From Desulfarculaceae bacterium (GTDB lineage: Bacteria; Desulfobacterota; Desulfarculia; Desulfarculales; Desulfarculaceae), in NCBI GenBank assembly GCA_028277825.1, contig JANQFN010000017.1:1-41478 (forward strand): a stretch of 41,478 nt of DNA, given 5' to 3'. Both the position numbers and the translations under genes were made by a program. Shown one piece after another: positions 1-9,011 of the stretch. The first letter of the stretch is position 1, and every line of letters begins with the position of its first letter. A model generated the notes under the pieces. That model was not told where the DNA came from. It was given only the letters and a program-made list of their open reading frames with translations, and searched no databases.

Positions 1-554
1 TCGGCCTGTGTGGCCAACGGCCGCAGGGCCTTGGCTGCCTGTTCCAGGTTCCGTTTTGCTGCCCGGGGCGGCGGCAATATGCGCCGGCCCTGACCGCCAA
101 TGATGCCTGTGCGGGACAGGGTTTTGTACACAAACCGGCCCACAGGGCCCAGGGGGTCGTTCCGCCGGGCGGCGGCCAGCCGCATCGCGGCCACCCTTTG
201 CAGCAGGTTGTTAACGCTCAGGCCACCCTGGTTCAGGGCCAGTCGCACCACCTTGACCCCCAGTAGGTGGCACTGTTCCAGCAACTCCAGCAAAAAGGCC
301 AAATGCCGCTCTAGGCGGGGCGATGGCAGGCCATAGGACAGACTCAGGTTCAGGCCGCAGGGTCCCAGGCCGGCTGCCTGGCAGGCCAGGCCCAGTTCAG
401 CCCAGTCCCCAGGCCGGTACGAGGACAGCAGCCGGTCCAGCCAGTCAATGCCCTCGAATCCGTTTCGGGCTGCTATGCCAGGTAGTTCGCCAGGTGGGTA
501 ATGCCCTTGCAAGGACTCTTGTATTAAGGAGCATTGGCCAAGCCAGACCTGCAT
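1..554 (-). CDS. Sugar phosphate isomerase/epimerase-family TIM-barrel protein (3' end runs off the window)
   Basis: Not in the ORF track. ATG at 554 overlaps the HAD stop (TGATG). The frame is open to position 1: MQVWLGQCSL...AARNGFEGIDWLDRL...LGVKVVRL...LEQAAKALRPLATQA, which fits the xylose-isomerase-like/AP-endonuclease-2 pattern. Confidence 0.7.
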   Translation of the reverse strand, partial: MQVWLGQCSLIQESLQGHYPPGELPGIAARNGFEGIDWLDRLLSSYRPGDWAELGLACQAAGLGPCGLNLSLSYGLPSPRLERHLAFLLELLEQCHLLGVKVVRLALNQGGLSVNNLLQRVAAMRLAAARRNDPLGPVGRFVYKTLSRTGIIGGQGRRILPPPRAAKRNLEQAAKALRPLATQA

Positions 555-1252
555 CAGCCCTGGCCGTCCAGGCCCAGAAATTGGGCCAAATGCGCCAAGT
601 CCGTGAACACGGCATGGGCTTCATGCAGATGCCCGGGCTCCAGGGTGGAGCATACGGCATAGCAGGTGGCGCCGGCGGAAACAGCCGCGGCAATGCCCGC
701 GGGCGCGTTCTCCACCACCAGACAATCGCCCGGGCTCACGCCAAGGGCTTGGCTGGCCGTGAGATACGGCTCGGGATGAGGTTTGTGCTGGGCAACGTCG
801 TCCCGGGTGACTATGGCTTTAAAGCCGGCCAGCAAATTCAGAGGCAGGCATTCCTCCACCTGGGAGCGCCGCGAGGAGGTGACCAGGGCGAAGGGCACCT
901 GAAGCTGGGCCAATCTGGCCAAGACCGGGCCAGCCTGGGCATAGGGCCGCACCTGAGACGCGTATTCGCGCAGATACAGGCTGGCCTGGGTTTCCAACAG
1001 CCGGGCCATGTAATCAGCCAGGTCCTCGCCGGGCCGGGGCTCCTTACCCTGCTCCTCAAGCAGCCGGCCCATCACCTCCTGGGCCAGGCAGCCCTCATGA
1101 GCCAGGACGAACTCGCGGCTCACCTCAATGCCGTCGGCGGCCATGACCGTCAGCCAAGAGGCGGCGTGCTGTTCCATGGAGTCTAGTATCACGCCGTCCA
1201 TGTCAAACAGCACCGCTGAGAAGGGAAAGCGGTTCTGGTCGGGACCGGGCAT
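554..1252 (-). CDS. HAD-family phosphatase (beta-PGM/CbbY-like)
   Basis: Motif I FDMDGVILDS, LVTSS, KPHPEPY, VVENAPAG. Confidence 0.9.
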   Translation of the reverse strand: MPGPDQNRFPFSAVLFDMDGVILDSMEQHAASWLTVMAADGIEVSREFVLAHEGCLAQEVMGRLLEEQGKEPRPGEDLADYMARLLETQASLYLREYASQVRPYAQAGPVLARLAQLQVPFALVTSSRRSQVEECLPLNLLAGFKAIVTRDDVAQHKPHPEPYLTASQALGVSPGDCLVVENAPAGIAAAVSAGATCYAVCSTLEPGHLHEAHAVFTDLAHLAQFLGLDGQG

Positions 1253-1253
1253 G

Positions 1254-1970
1254 CTACTTAAAGGCCGCCTCGATCTGCGGCGGGTCCTCGTTTTCGATTA
1301 TGTCAATGATATCCTTGTACATGCCAGCCTTGAGCTGTCCCAGGATCTTGCGCTTTTTGTCAAAGGTCTTGGCAAAGGCGATTGATGTCTCCCGTAGCTC
1401 GTCAAGATCCCGGCAGGCCTTGACCACCACGTGGTGCTCTTCCATCTCCTGGGCAGTGCAGCGCTTGCCGGTGAGTTGCATCTCCTGCAGTTTGTAATAG
1501 GGGATGGCCTTTTTCAAAAAGGCGTTCATGCCCGGTAAAAAAGGAATGCCCAGATCCACCTCCGGGAAACAGAAGAAGCCGTGGTCAGCGCGCATGAAGC
1601 GGAAGTCGCAGGCGCAGGCCATGATGGAGCCGTCGCCAAAGGCATGCCCGCTGATGGCCGCAATCACGGGCATGGGGTAGAGCAAAAGCCGCTTGAACAC
1701 CTGGTTCATGCCGTATAAAAAGTCCAGAACCGATGCCTGGTCGCCCTCTCCCACCTTGCCCAAAAGCCAATCCAGGTCAATGCCCTGGGACCAGTTTTTG
1801 GCATCATCCGCAATGATCACCAGGGCCTTGAGGGACTCGTCCGCCTCTATCTCATCCAAATTGGCCAGCATGGCCTGGGTGAACTCCAGGTCCATTTTGT
1901 TGGGCCCGTTGGTCATGGTCAAGATGGCCACGGACTCGTCTTTTTGCCACTGCATTCTGGGCATGATCAC
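1254..1970 (-). CDS. Enoyl-CoA hydratase/isomerase family protein (start may be a few codons downstream)
   Basis: SQGIDL, PVIAAISGHAFGDG, ACDFRF, PEVDLGI crotonase motifs. Confidence 0.9.
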   Translation of the reverse strand: MIMPRMQWQKDESVAILTMTNGPNKMDLEFTQAMLANLDEIEADESLKALVIIADDAKNWSQGIDLDWLLGKVGEGDQASVLDFLYGMNQVFKRLLLYPMPVIAAISGHAFGDGSIMACACDFRFMRADHGFFCFPEVDLGIPFLPGMNAFLKKAIPYYKLQEMQLTGKRCTAQEMEEHHVVVKACRDLDELRETSIAFAKTFDKKRKILGQLKAGMYKDIIDIIENEDPPQIEAAFK

Positions 1971-2020
1971 TCCTGTTTTCAGTCAGTTTCCGGCGGGCTC
2001 AATGATTAATAGCCTATTTT

Positions 2021-2677
2021 TCAGCCCAAATCCAGCGCGCCCATAACCGCGTGGCAGCGGCAAGAGGTAGCTAACAACCACTTGCCGCCCCGCTCTGATA
2101 TGAGTTGGCGAAGCTTCAGTAAGTCCGATGACTTGTAGCCACCGACCCCAGGCGCCATTTGATAGCTACGCACCACCGCGGTGCGCACGCCCGCCAGTCT
2201 GATTTTGGCCAGCAGGTCATGCAGGGGCTCTTCGCGTTCCTGGCCGGTCACAGTGCACTTGCCCGCCGGCTCGGGGCAGTCGTCCGGACAGAGGAAGTCA
2301 GCTAGGCTGAGGTAATATTGCGCCTCCTCGCCGGCCGTCACGCTGGGCAGGGCGGGCAAGGTCTGTGCTTCTAGTTCCAAACGCTCGGCCCTTGGTAAGG
2401 TCATTTCCAGCCAATCAATGAGCAAATGCCTGGGCAGGGCCGGCACCACCCAGTCCGGCGGCTGTGGGCCGCTAAGGGCCTCATCAAGGGCCTGGGCGCC
2501 GTCTTTACGCAACACTTGTATAGATAACTCAGCAGTCAAGCTCAACAGCTCGGGGCTGGGTTCAGGCTCCACCATTGCGCTAACCTTACTGCCCAGGCGC
2601 TCCAAGGCCAGGCAGCCAAAGCGTCCGCCGCCTATGACCAGGATATTATTTTTGCCGCTCATATCTTGACTCATCAA
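2021..2677 (-). CDS. Hypothetical protein with N-terminal NAD-binding Rossmann motif and Cys clusters
   Basis: ILVIGGGRFG; CPDDCPEPAGKCTVTG; C-terminal TSCRCH; host-like codon usage. Confidence 0.75.
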   Translation of the reverse strand: MMSQDMSGKNNILVIGGGRFGCLALERLGSKVSAMVEPEPSPELLSLTAELSIQVLRKDGAQALDEALSGPQPPDWVVPALPRHLLIDWLEMTLPRAERLELEAQTLPALPSVTAGEEAQYYLSLADFLCPDDCPEPAGKCTVTGQEREEPLHDLLAKIRLAGVRTAVVRSYQMAPGVGGYKSSDLLKLRQLISERGGKWLLATSCRCHAVMGALDLG

Positions 2678-2796
2678 AAAAAGTCCAGGCTAGTAGGGGC
2701 TGTAAGTTGCCGGCCTGGTCGGCTGGGTCAACCAGGGCCGTGAGCAACCATCATAACAATGCCTGGCCCAGGTATTGTAGCCGAGTTTGGATTGCG

Positions 2797-2990
2797 GAAA
2801 GAGTTTTGAAAGGGAAAAGCGTTAGGGAGGTGTCTGATCCGTTAGAGTAAGGCGGCTCCAGGTAATCTGAGCACCTCGTCCGAGCACAGCCCCCGGCGTT
2901 TGCCGATGGAACGGGTGCCAACTACTGCGGCCTTACGCGCAGACGCATGAGTTGCTTGCAGGTCGCCGTTTACTTTTCCCTGCCTCTTTC
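2797..2990. repeat. Rod-like intergenic imperfect palindrome, copy A
   Basis: Nested pairs: GAAAGAG 2797/CTCTTTC 2984; AGGGAAAAG 2811/CTTTTCCCT 2973; GTGTCTG/CAGACGC; GTAAGGC/GCCTTAC; GCACC/GGTGC. Confidence 0.6.
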
Positions 2991-3013
2991 AAACGCCACC
3001 CTGGAATCGAGAC

Positions 3014-3355
3014 CTAAACCTGGGACCGCAGACGCTCCAGATTGGCGCGGGCATCAGGCGCAAAGGAGAGGATTTCTTCTAAGTCCGCGCAGGCATAGTC
3101 CGGACAGGGCGCGCAGTTGTCAAAGCCCTTTTCTTGCACGCAGGCCCGCACCGCGCAGACCTCGCAATGGCTGAAATGCACCTCGCCCTCGGACAAACAG
3201 CCCAGGCAGTTGACCTGGGAGGCCTCGATCTGGGCTCTATACAAGGCGGACCATTCCTGGGCGGTCTTTTCGCGCAGGGCCTGGTCGTCGCGGATAGTGG
3301 CCAAATAGGCCGGGCAGCCCGAGCAATCCAGGCCGCAAGCGGAAATCATGGACAT
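3014..3355 (-). CDS. DUF3795 Cys-rich protein
   Basis: ACGLDCSGCPAY...CLGC...CEVCAVRAC...NCAPCPDYAC; ATG 3355 follows a GAGGGG RBS. Confidence 0.85.
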   Translation of the reverse strand: MSMISACGLDCSGCPAYLATIRDDQALREKTAQEWSALYRAQIEASQVNCLGCLSEGEVHFSHCEVCAVRACVQEKGFDNCAPCPDYACADLEEILSFAPDARANLERLRSQV

Positions 3356-3387
3356 CAAGACACCCCTCATGAAAAAGATTGAGTTGA

Positions 3388-4152
3388 TCAATAGCCAGAA
3401 GAGGGTTTTAGCCCGCTGATCACCAGGCGCTGAGCATTTGAATCATATGGGCTTGCCTCAAGGCAGCCATATAGTTGTATCGACTCAAAGCCCACCTGTG
3501 TCATCCGGTCCTTCAACTCCTGACCAGAGTAGATTGTGTGCTGGAAATGAAATGATCTTGCCCGATCGCCTTTAATTATGGTCCATTGGTTTCTGACACG
3601 CGTCCAGTTGTCAAAAATTTCAGGACGCTGCAAGACCATTGTGCCATCTTCCAAAACATCAACCATGCTTGGTTGAAAGATTTTCGCCAATCTTTCTTTC
3701 CCCATCACATCAATTAAAAAAATTCCACCTGGCTTTAAATTGGCAAAGACCCTCTCAAGCACCTTAATATCGTCATTCTTGTCGTCAAAATATCCAAAAG
3801 AGGTGAACAGATTCAACACCAAGTCATAGGAGGCCGGCCTGCTAAAATCACGCATGTCCTCCAAAATCCACTCAACTGACACCCCTTCAGACCTGGATCT
3901 TTCCCGCGCTTTGTCCAGCAGGAACCCAGAGCGGTCAACGCCGGTCACAGAAAACCCTTTCTTGGCAAGCGCAATTGAACACCGGCCCGGGCCGCAGCAA
4001 AGATCTAATATGGAAAAGCCTTTGAAAGCAGTCAGTTCTAGGATGCTATCAATTTGTTTGTTGGTATCAGCAAACAATTTCTCGGGAAACAGGAAATCAT
4101 AGGTCTCTTCCCAAAAAGATTCATTTTCAAACCATTCAGAATCACCCGACAC
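3388..4152 (-). CDS. Class I SAM-dependent methyltransferase (lower GC than its flanks)
   Basis: ILDLCCGPGR, VTGVD, DMRDF, LFTSFGYF, LKPGG. Confidence 0.9.
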   Translation of the reverse strand: MSGDSEWFENESFWEETYDFLFPEKLFADTNKQIDSILELTAFKGFSILDLCCGPGRCSIALAKKGFSVTGVDRSGFLLDKARERSRSEGVSVEWILEDMRDFSRPASYDLVLNLFTSFGYFDDKNDDIKVLERVFANLKPGGIFLIDVMGKERLAKIFQPSMVDVLEDGTMVLQRPEIFDNWTRVRNQWTIIKGDRARSFHFQHTIYSGQELKDRMTQVGFESIQLYGCLEASPYDSNAQRLVISGLKPSSGY

Positions 4153-4233
4153 CTTAAAACCCCAGGTTGATTAATTGTTTTTAAAATTAAAACAATACGT
4201 TCCCTTACATGTGCCGCATTAGCCGTAATAAGA

Positions 4234-4857
4234 CTACAGAACCACCCCGCCACTCTGAGCGGCCTCCACCAGGTTCACCAGGCCCTGGTAGGACTGGTAG
4301 CCCACCAGGCCCTTGCCGCCGGCCACGAAGGTAGGCACCGAGCGCACCCCCATGCGCATGGAATAGGCCCATTCCGCATCCACCAAGGCGGCGTATGACT
4401 TGTCCTCGATCACCTGTTTTGCCGCCTCCGGGTCCAGGCCCAGTTTCTCAACCGCTGCGGTGAGTACCGGGATCTCGGCAATGTTCAAGCCGTCAACAAA
4501 GTAAGCCTCGAACATGGCCTGGTGGAACTCATCCCCCCTGCCCTGCTCTTCCACCCATTTGCCCAGTTCCTGGGCGCGGCGGGAATTGAAGGTCATGCTG
4601 CGCTCGCCAAAAGCCAGACCCTCAGAGGCGGCCACGGACTTCAGGCGCTCCAGTATGGCTGGGATGTCCTTGTTGGTGCCGGCAAAAAGCTGCTCCAGGG
4701 TCTGGCCCTCCAGGGGCGTGTCCGGATGCAGGGGAAAGGAAATCCACTTGAATTTGACCCCGTGTTCGGCTTTGAGGCGTTCCATACTCCCGGTACAGAA
4801 ATAGCACCAGGGTCACACATAGTCGGAAAATATTTCGATCTCCAGAGGTTCGGCCAT
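4234..4857 (-). CDS. DsbA/FrnE-family thiol-disulfide oxidoreductase, selenoprotein (Sec at codon 15)
   Basis: ATG 4857 after AAGGAG reads MAEPLEIEIFSDYV-TGA(4813-4815)-PWCYFCTGS and continues in frame into the 183-aa ORF (FPLHPDTP...GVRSVPTF). The UGA occupies the first Cys of the family SDxxCPWC motif. Confidence 0.88.
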
Positions 4858-5066
4858 GGGGGCTCCTTGGCAGGGGTTCAGGGCGAAATTAAATTCTATA
4901 CAGCAGCCGTTTCAAATGCAAACCAGCCCACTGCTTATGGTTAGCAAGAAAGATATTTACAGTTAATCAGTCTTGAAACAGGCGCTTAAATTCTCAAAAA
5001 TGAAGCACTCGGACTTGCCGTTGGTGCGTGGCGTGTGTTGAGCGCCAAGCCTCGCAGTTCAAGCCT

Positions 5067-5117
5067 GACGCTGGAAAGAGGCAGGGAAAGGAAAAGGTGA
5101 TCTGCAAAAACTCTTTG
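5067..5117 (+). repeat. Short palindromic element related to the end of copy A
   Basis: GAAAGAGGCAGGGAAA (5074-5089) is identical to the reverse complement of 2975-2990; self-pairs via AAAGAG/CTCTTT and GCAG/CTGC. Confidence 0.55.
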
Positions 5118-5260
5118 AAAAGCTTGGGCTCTACTACAAAACGTTGGCCTGCCATTATAATGTCGGCTTAATGGAATTTAGGTATTCCAATTCGCTTTTG
5201 CCTGGCTCATGGTACATAATATAAAAAGCAATCAAAGAACAGACCTTTGACAGGTATGAA

Positions 5261-6598
5261 ATGAACCTTCCCGCCATAGCAGAAACAACCCAGATTGAGC
5301 CTCAGAAGCATCCCGCCCTGGGCGCCCTGCCCGCCAAGCTGGTGCTGGAGCCCACCACCCAGTGCAATCTGCAATGCGCCATGTGCGTCAAGCAGGCTGC
5401 GGGCATCCATCAACCTGAGGGCGCCATGTCCTGGCAGACCTTCGAGCGCCTTTCCCCGGCTTTTGCCAGCCTGGAGGCCCTGATCTTCTCCGGCCTGGGC
5501 GAGCCCCTGCTCCACCCTGACCTGGAGGGCTTCGCTGCCCGGGCCCGGACGGAAATGCCCGCTGACGCGGTCATTGGCCTGCAGACCAATGGGCAGTTGT
5601 TGGAGCAGACCCGGGCCCTGTCCCTGGCGCGGGCCGGGGTGAACAATATCTGCGTTTCCATGGATTCGGCTGACCCCCAGACCCTGGCCAGCCTGCGCTC
5701 TGGGGCTGAGGTGCACAGCTTGGAAAGCGCCCTGGCCGCCTTGCGCCAGGCCAGGGCTGAGGCCAACCCGGAGTTGTCCCTGGGTCTGGAAGTGGTGCTC
5801 ATGGCTGACAACCTGGAGGGCCTACCCGGGCTGATCCAGTGGGTCGCCTCCCGGGGGGTGGGCTTTGTTTTGGCCACGCAGATGCTGCCCTATGACCAAA
5901 GCATGGCTCCCCAGGCGCTTTATGATGCCAACACTGACCTGGCCCTGGAGTTTTACGACAAGTGGCGTCAAAGGGCGCGCGATGAAGGCATCGACCTGAG
6001 CCAGTACCAAAAGGTGGTGTTCAAACACAAACGCAATGCTGCTGAGCGAAAGTTCATCGCCTTTTACAACCAACTGCGCGCCGAATCAGTAACCTTGGAA
6101 GTGCCCATCAACCTACCCAAGCTATTGGGCCAGGACCAGGCCCTGGCCAAGCGGGCGGCCGAGGTTTTCGATGAGGCCCGCGAGGCTGCCCGCGCCTCGG
6201 GCATCGACCTGAGCCTGCCCGCCATCTATCCCCGGGCGAGGCGGCACTGCCGTTTCGTGGAGGAGGCCACCGCCTTTGTCTCCTGGCCAGGACAGGTGCA
6301 CCCCTGTTACTTTTTGTGGCACCAGTACTCCTGCGTGCTGGACGGGCGCTACAAGTTCGTCAGGCCCAAGGTGTTCGGCGACCTGGCCCAGGACGGCCTG
6401 TCCGAGATTTGGCAGGGCGATGCCTATCGCCGCTTCAGGCAGAGCGTGCTCAGCTATGATTATCCCTATTGCATCAACTGCAAAGTGGGCCCCTGCGACT
6501 ATTTGGAAAACGAGGAGTTTTCCTCGGACTGTTACACCGTGGAAGTGCCCTGCGGGGACTGCCCCTGGCCTCTGGGCCTGTTGAGCTGCCTGCAATAG
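5261..6598 (+). CDS. Radical SAM/SPASM protein, putative metalloenzyme maturase type
   Basis: CNLQCAMC; GLGEPLL; QTNG; C-terminal SPASM-like CRFVE...HPCYFLWH...CINCKVGPCDY...DCY...PCGDC. Confidence 0.9.
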   Translation: MNLPAIAETTQIEPQKHPALGALPAKLVLEPTTQCNLQCAMCVKQAAGIHQPEGAMSWQTFERLSPAFASLEALIFSGLGEPLLHPDLEGFAARARTEMPADAVIGLQTNGQLLEQTRALSLARAGVNNICVSMDSADPQTLASLRSGAEVHSLESALAALRQARAEANPELSLGLEVVLMADNLEGLPGLIQWVASRGVGFVLATQMLPYDQSMAPQALYDANTDLALEFYDKWRQRARDEGIDLSQYQKVVFKHKRNAAERKFIAFYNQLRAESVTLEVPINLPKLLGQDQALAKRAAEVFDEAREAARASGIDLSLPAIYPRARRHCRFVEEATAFVSWPGQVHPCYFLWHQYSCVLDGRYKFVRPKVFGDLAQDGLSEIWQGDAYRRFRQSVLSYDYPYCINCKVGPCDYLENEEFSSDCYTVEVPCGDCPWPLGLLSCLQ

Positions 6599-6645
6599 GG
6601 TTGGCCTCCCCTGGCTGCCGGTTTTCCGCTGGAACTAAATCCTGC

Positions 6646-6853
6646 AAAGAAGTTGGTAAGTAAAAAGGCCTAGCCTGCCGGGCGAAACTGACTGGTAAGT
6701 TGCGCCGCAGTTCTCTGCCGGACTTGCCGGATTTATGACTCTGACCCGCATGAGTAATGAAGGTATCCTGCTCCTTCGCGACACATGAAAAGCAGGCACC
6801 AAACCACGCCCACTCTCGGCTGTCATACCTTTATTCCTTAACAACTCTTTTAC
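6646..6853. repeat. Rod-like intergenic imperfect palindrome, copy C
   Basis: Ends AAAGAAGTTGGTAAGTAAAAAGG / CCTTTATTCCTTAACAACTCTTT; internal ATGAC/GTCAT, GAGT/ACTC, CCTGCT/AGCAGG. Confidence 0.55.
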
Positions 6854-7063
6854 GGGCTTACGTTAATTCAAACAGCGAGTGGTACCCCGACGCCTCACGG
6901 GCGCGCCAATGGCACTAAATTTTCAGGCGGGGCTGCCGTTCTGATTTATGGCTACAGGCGTGATCTAATCAGAGGTTGCAGCAGCGGGCAGAAGTGAGGG
7001 GGAAGGCAACTAGTCAATCGCGGTGCAGACAGGGTCAGGTTCTTTTACAGTCCATGTTGCCAG

Positions 7064-7525
7064 TTAGCCGTAGGACGGCGCCGCTTCTTGGGTCTGGGTG
7101 CGTGAGCGCAGGATCTCCTGGTAGCTGTTGATCAGGCGCTGGCTCACCACGCCGGCCAGGCGCTTCATCACCTGATAGGCTTCCCGGGGGTGCCGCTCCA
7201 TGATGCGCTCCAGGCTGAAGCGCTCGATGGCCAGCACCTGGCAGGGCCGAAAGGTGCGCGCCGAGGCGGTGTAGATGTTGGGCTCCACCAAAGCCGACCA
7301 GCCGAACACCGAGCCCGGCGCATCCAGGATGAAGTTGACCGAGCCCTCCTGCTGGATGTATAGGGTCACTCCGCCCCGTGCCAGGAGATACAAGTAATCA
7401 GCGGGCTTGCCTTCCTCAAAAATGAGCCGGTCAGCGGGTAGGTTTCTCACCCTGGCCGCCTCGGACAGCTCGTTCATGAAACCGGCGCCCAAACCCCTGA
7501 AAATCTCCGCTTCTGTGATGAGCAT
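7064..7525 (-). CDS. Stand-alone cyclic-nucleotide-binding domain protein
   Basis: IFEEGKPADYLYLLARGGV...GSVFGWSAL...YTASART; too short to include a Crp HTH. Confidence 0.85.
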   Translation of the reverse strand: MLITEAEIFRGLGAGFMNELSEAARVRNLPADRLIFEEGKPADYLYLLARGGVTLYIQQEGSVNFILDAPGSVFGWSALVEPNIYTASARTFRPCQVLAIERFSLERIMERHPREAYQVMKRLAGVVSQRLINSYQEILRSRTQTQEAAPSYG

Positions 7526-7605
7526 ATCTCACCTCCTGATTGCGGTTGTCTCTTATTTCATTATGAATGAGATTCAGCGGCGCGGGGGCTCAATGTTTCC
7601 TGATG

Positions 7606-8673
7606 CTATTTTTCGGTGAGCACATATTTGCCGATGTGGTCATTGTACAGGCTGCCCAGATACAGGGCTCCCTGCCACTCATTGGCGCTGGTGATGGTGC
7701 TCAGGTGCTTGCCCGTGGGGTCTTGCAGGCTGGCGGTGATGATGCCCTGCTGGTCCAGGGCCAGCACCATGCCGTAAGGTTGCGGCTTGGGCCAGGTGAA
7801 GCGGGGTAGTTTGGCCATGAGCGCCTTGAGAAAAGGATAGGGGTGCAGCCAGTCCATGAGGTCGTTTCGCACCGTGAACATGGCCAGCCAGAAGTTACCC
7901 TGGGGATTTATCGAGATGTTATCCGGATAGCCGGGCAGATTATCGATGAATATCTCGGCGCGGCCCGCCTGGGGCCCTTTGAGCCAGTAGCGCTTGATGC
8001 GATGGGCGTAGGTTTCATTGACCAGGACAAAGTCTTCGTTTTGAGACAAGGCTACGCCATTGGCGAAATACAGGCCCTCCAGCAGGGTGGTGAGTTTCTT
8101 GCTGGCCGGATCGTAGAGCAGCAGGCGGCCGTAGGGCCGGTGCTCCAAAAGGTCATAGAGGTATTCATCCTTGCTCCAGCGCCAACTGGCGTCGGTGAAA
8201 TAGATCTTGCCGTCGCTGGCGATGTCCAGGTCATCGGTGAAACCGAACCTGAAGCCACCAGCCCGGTCGGCCAGCACCATGACCTCGCCCGCCGGACTGA
8301 TGGACAACAGCCCCATGACCGCGTCGCACACGATCAGGTTGCCGGCGTGGTCAAAGGCCAGGCCCAGGGGACGGCCGCCGGTATTGAGCCAGGTGCTGAC
8401 TTGACCTTGCAGCGAGACCTTCCGGATGCTGCCGTCGGCATTGCCGCAATAGATGGTGCCGTCCGGGGCCAGGGCCACGTCCTCGGGCCCGTCCAGCTTG
8501 CCCTGGCCGATGATCTGGGCCTTGGCCAATAGGTCATTGGGCGCCAGGGGGCCGGTCAGGGCCGGCTTGGGCGGGGGATCGTAGGCCAGGGGGTCAACCG
8601 CTGCGGGTGCGATCAACAGATACAGACCCAGGACCGCCACCAGCAGGAGCAGGAGCCAGAGGATTTTTTTCAT
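7606..8673 (-). CDS. Strictosidine synthase-like / SMP-30 beta-propeller protein with N-terminal anchor
   Basis: GPED, GRPLGL, DDLDIASDGKIYFTDAS, LYFANGVAL, LPGYPDNI. Confidence 0.9.
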   Translation of the reverse strand: MKKILWLLLLLVAVLGLYLLIAPAAVDPLAYDPPPKPALTGPLAPNDLLAKAQIIGQGKLDGPEDVALAPDGTIYCGNADGSIRKVSLQGQVSTWLNTGGRPLGLAFDHAGNLIVCDAVMGLLSISPAGEVMVLADRAGGFRFGFTDDLDIASDGKIYFTDASWRWSKDEYLYDLLEHRPYGRLLLYDPASKKLTTLLEGLYFANGVALSQNEDFVLVNETYAHRIKRYWLKGPQAGRAEIFIDNLPGYPDNISINPQGNFWLAMFTVRNDLMDWLHPYPFLKALMAKLPRFTWPKPQPYGMVLALDQQGIITASLQDPTGKHLSTITSANEWQGALYLGSLYNDHIGKYVLTEK

Positions 8674-8717
8674 GGCATCATCCCCTTGGGCAGTGCAAGT
8701 CCAAGTCCGGTGAATAG

Positions 8718-8968
8718 AAGAAAAAGAGGTTATGAAAAGGGCAAAGGCCGTTGCTTCTTGTGGGTCAACTAAGGTCCTGTCCTCAGCTAGGCGGCTCTGG
8801 CCATGAAGAGTGGATGCACGGTCGTCTTGTTAGCGCACCGGCATCATGCGCAGGCTGGTCTTAAGCACCTGGTCCAGGGCCCTCCCTTATCAAGCCTTGC
8901 CACCGCGTATCAGCCCCCGAGGGCCACACCCCCTTCCTGCGTCTTTACTTACCTGCCATTTTTTTCTT
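8718..8968. repeat. Rod-like intergenic imperfect palindrome, copy D
   Basis: AAGAAAAA/TTTTTCTT ends, AGGT/ACCT, GGTCCTG/CAGGGCC, GATGC/GCATC, CGGT/ACCG nested. Confidence 0.45.
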
Positions 8969-9011
8969 AGCTTGCTCAGCCCATCATGGGAGGAGTCCCC
9001 CCCTTTGCAGG

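Noticed and set aside
2821-2850. GTTAGGG/GTTAGAG as integron attC core sites, with xerC as an integrase
   Set aside because: No matching RYYYAAC...GTTRRRY pair bounds a gene cassette. The recombinase has XerC features and hslVU synteny, with no obvious IntI insertion.
2797-2990. Copy A (and copy E) as 6S RNA
   Set aside because: Size and rod shape fit, but I see no 6S conserved motifs or zapA/rny-type synteny, and several similar rods occur in the window.
5000-5041. 13-codon ORF MKHSDLPLVRGVC as a radical SAM precursor peptide
   Set aside because: No RBS, very short, and no repeated or conserved core motif.
6680-6725. c-di-GMP-I riboswitch-like GGCGAAAC stretch
   Set aside because: It lacks the GNRA-capped P2 and the GGGACGCAAAG-type junction, and is not positioned 5' of a plus-strand gene.
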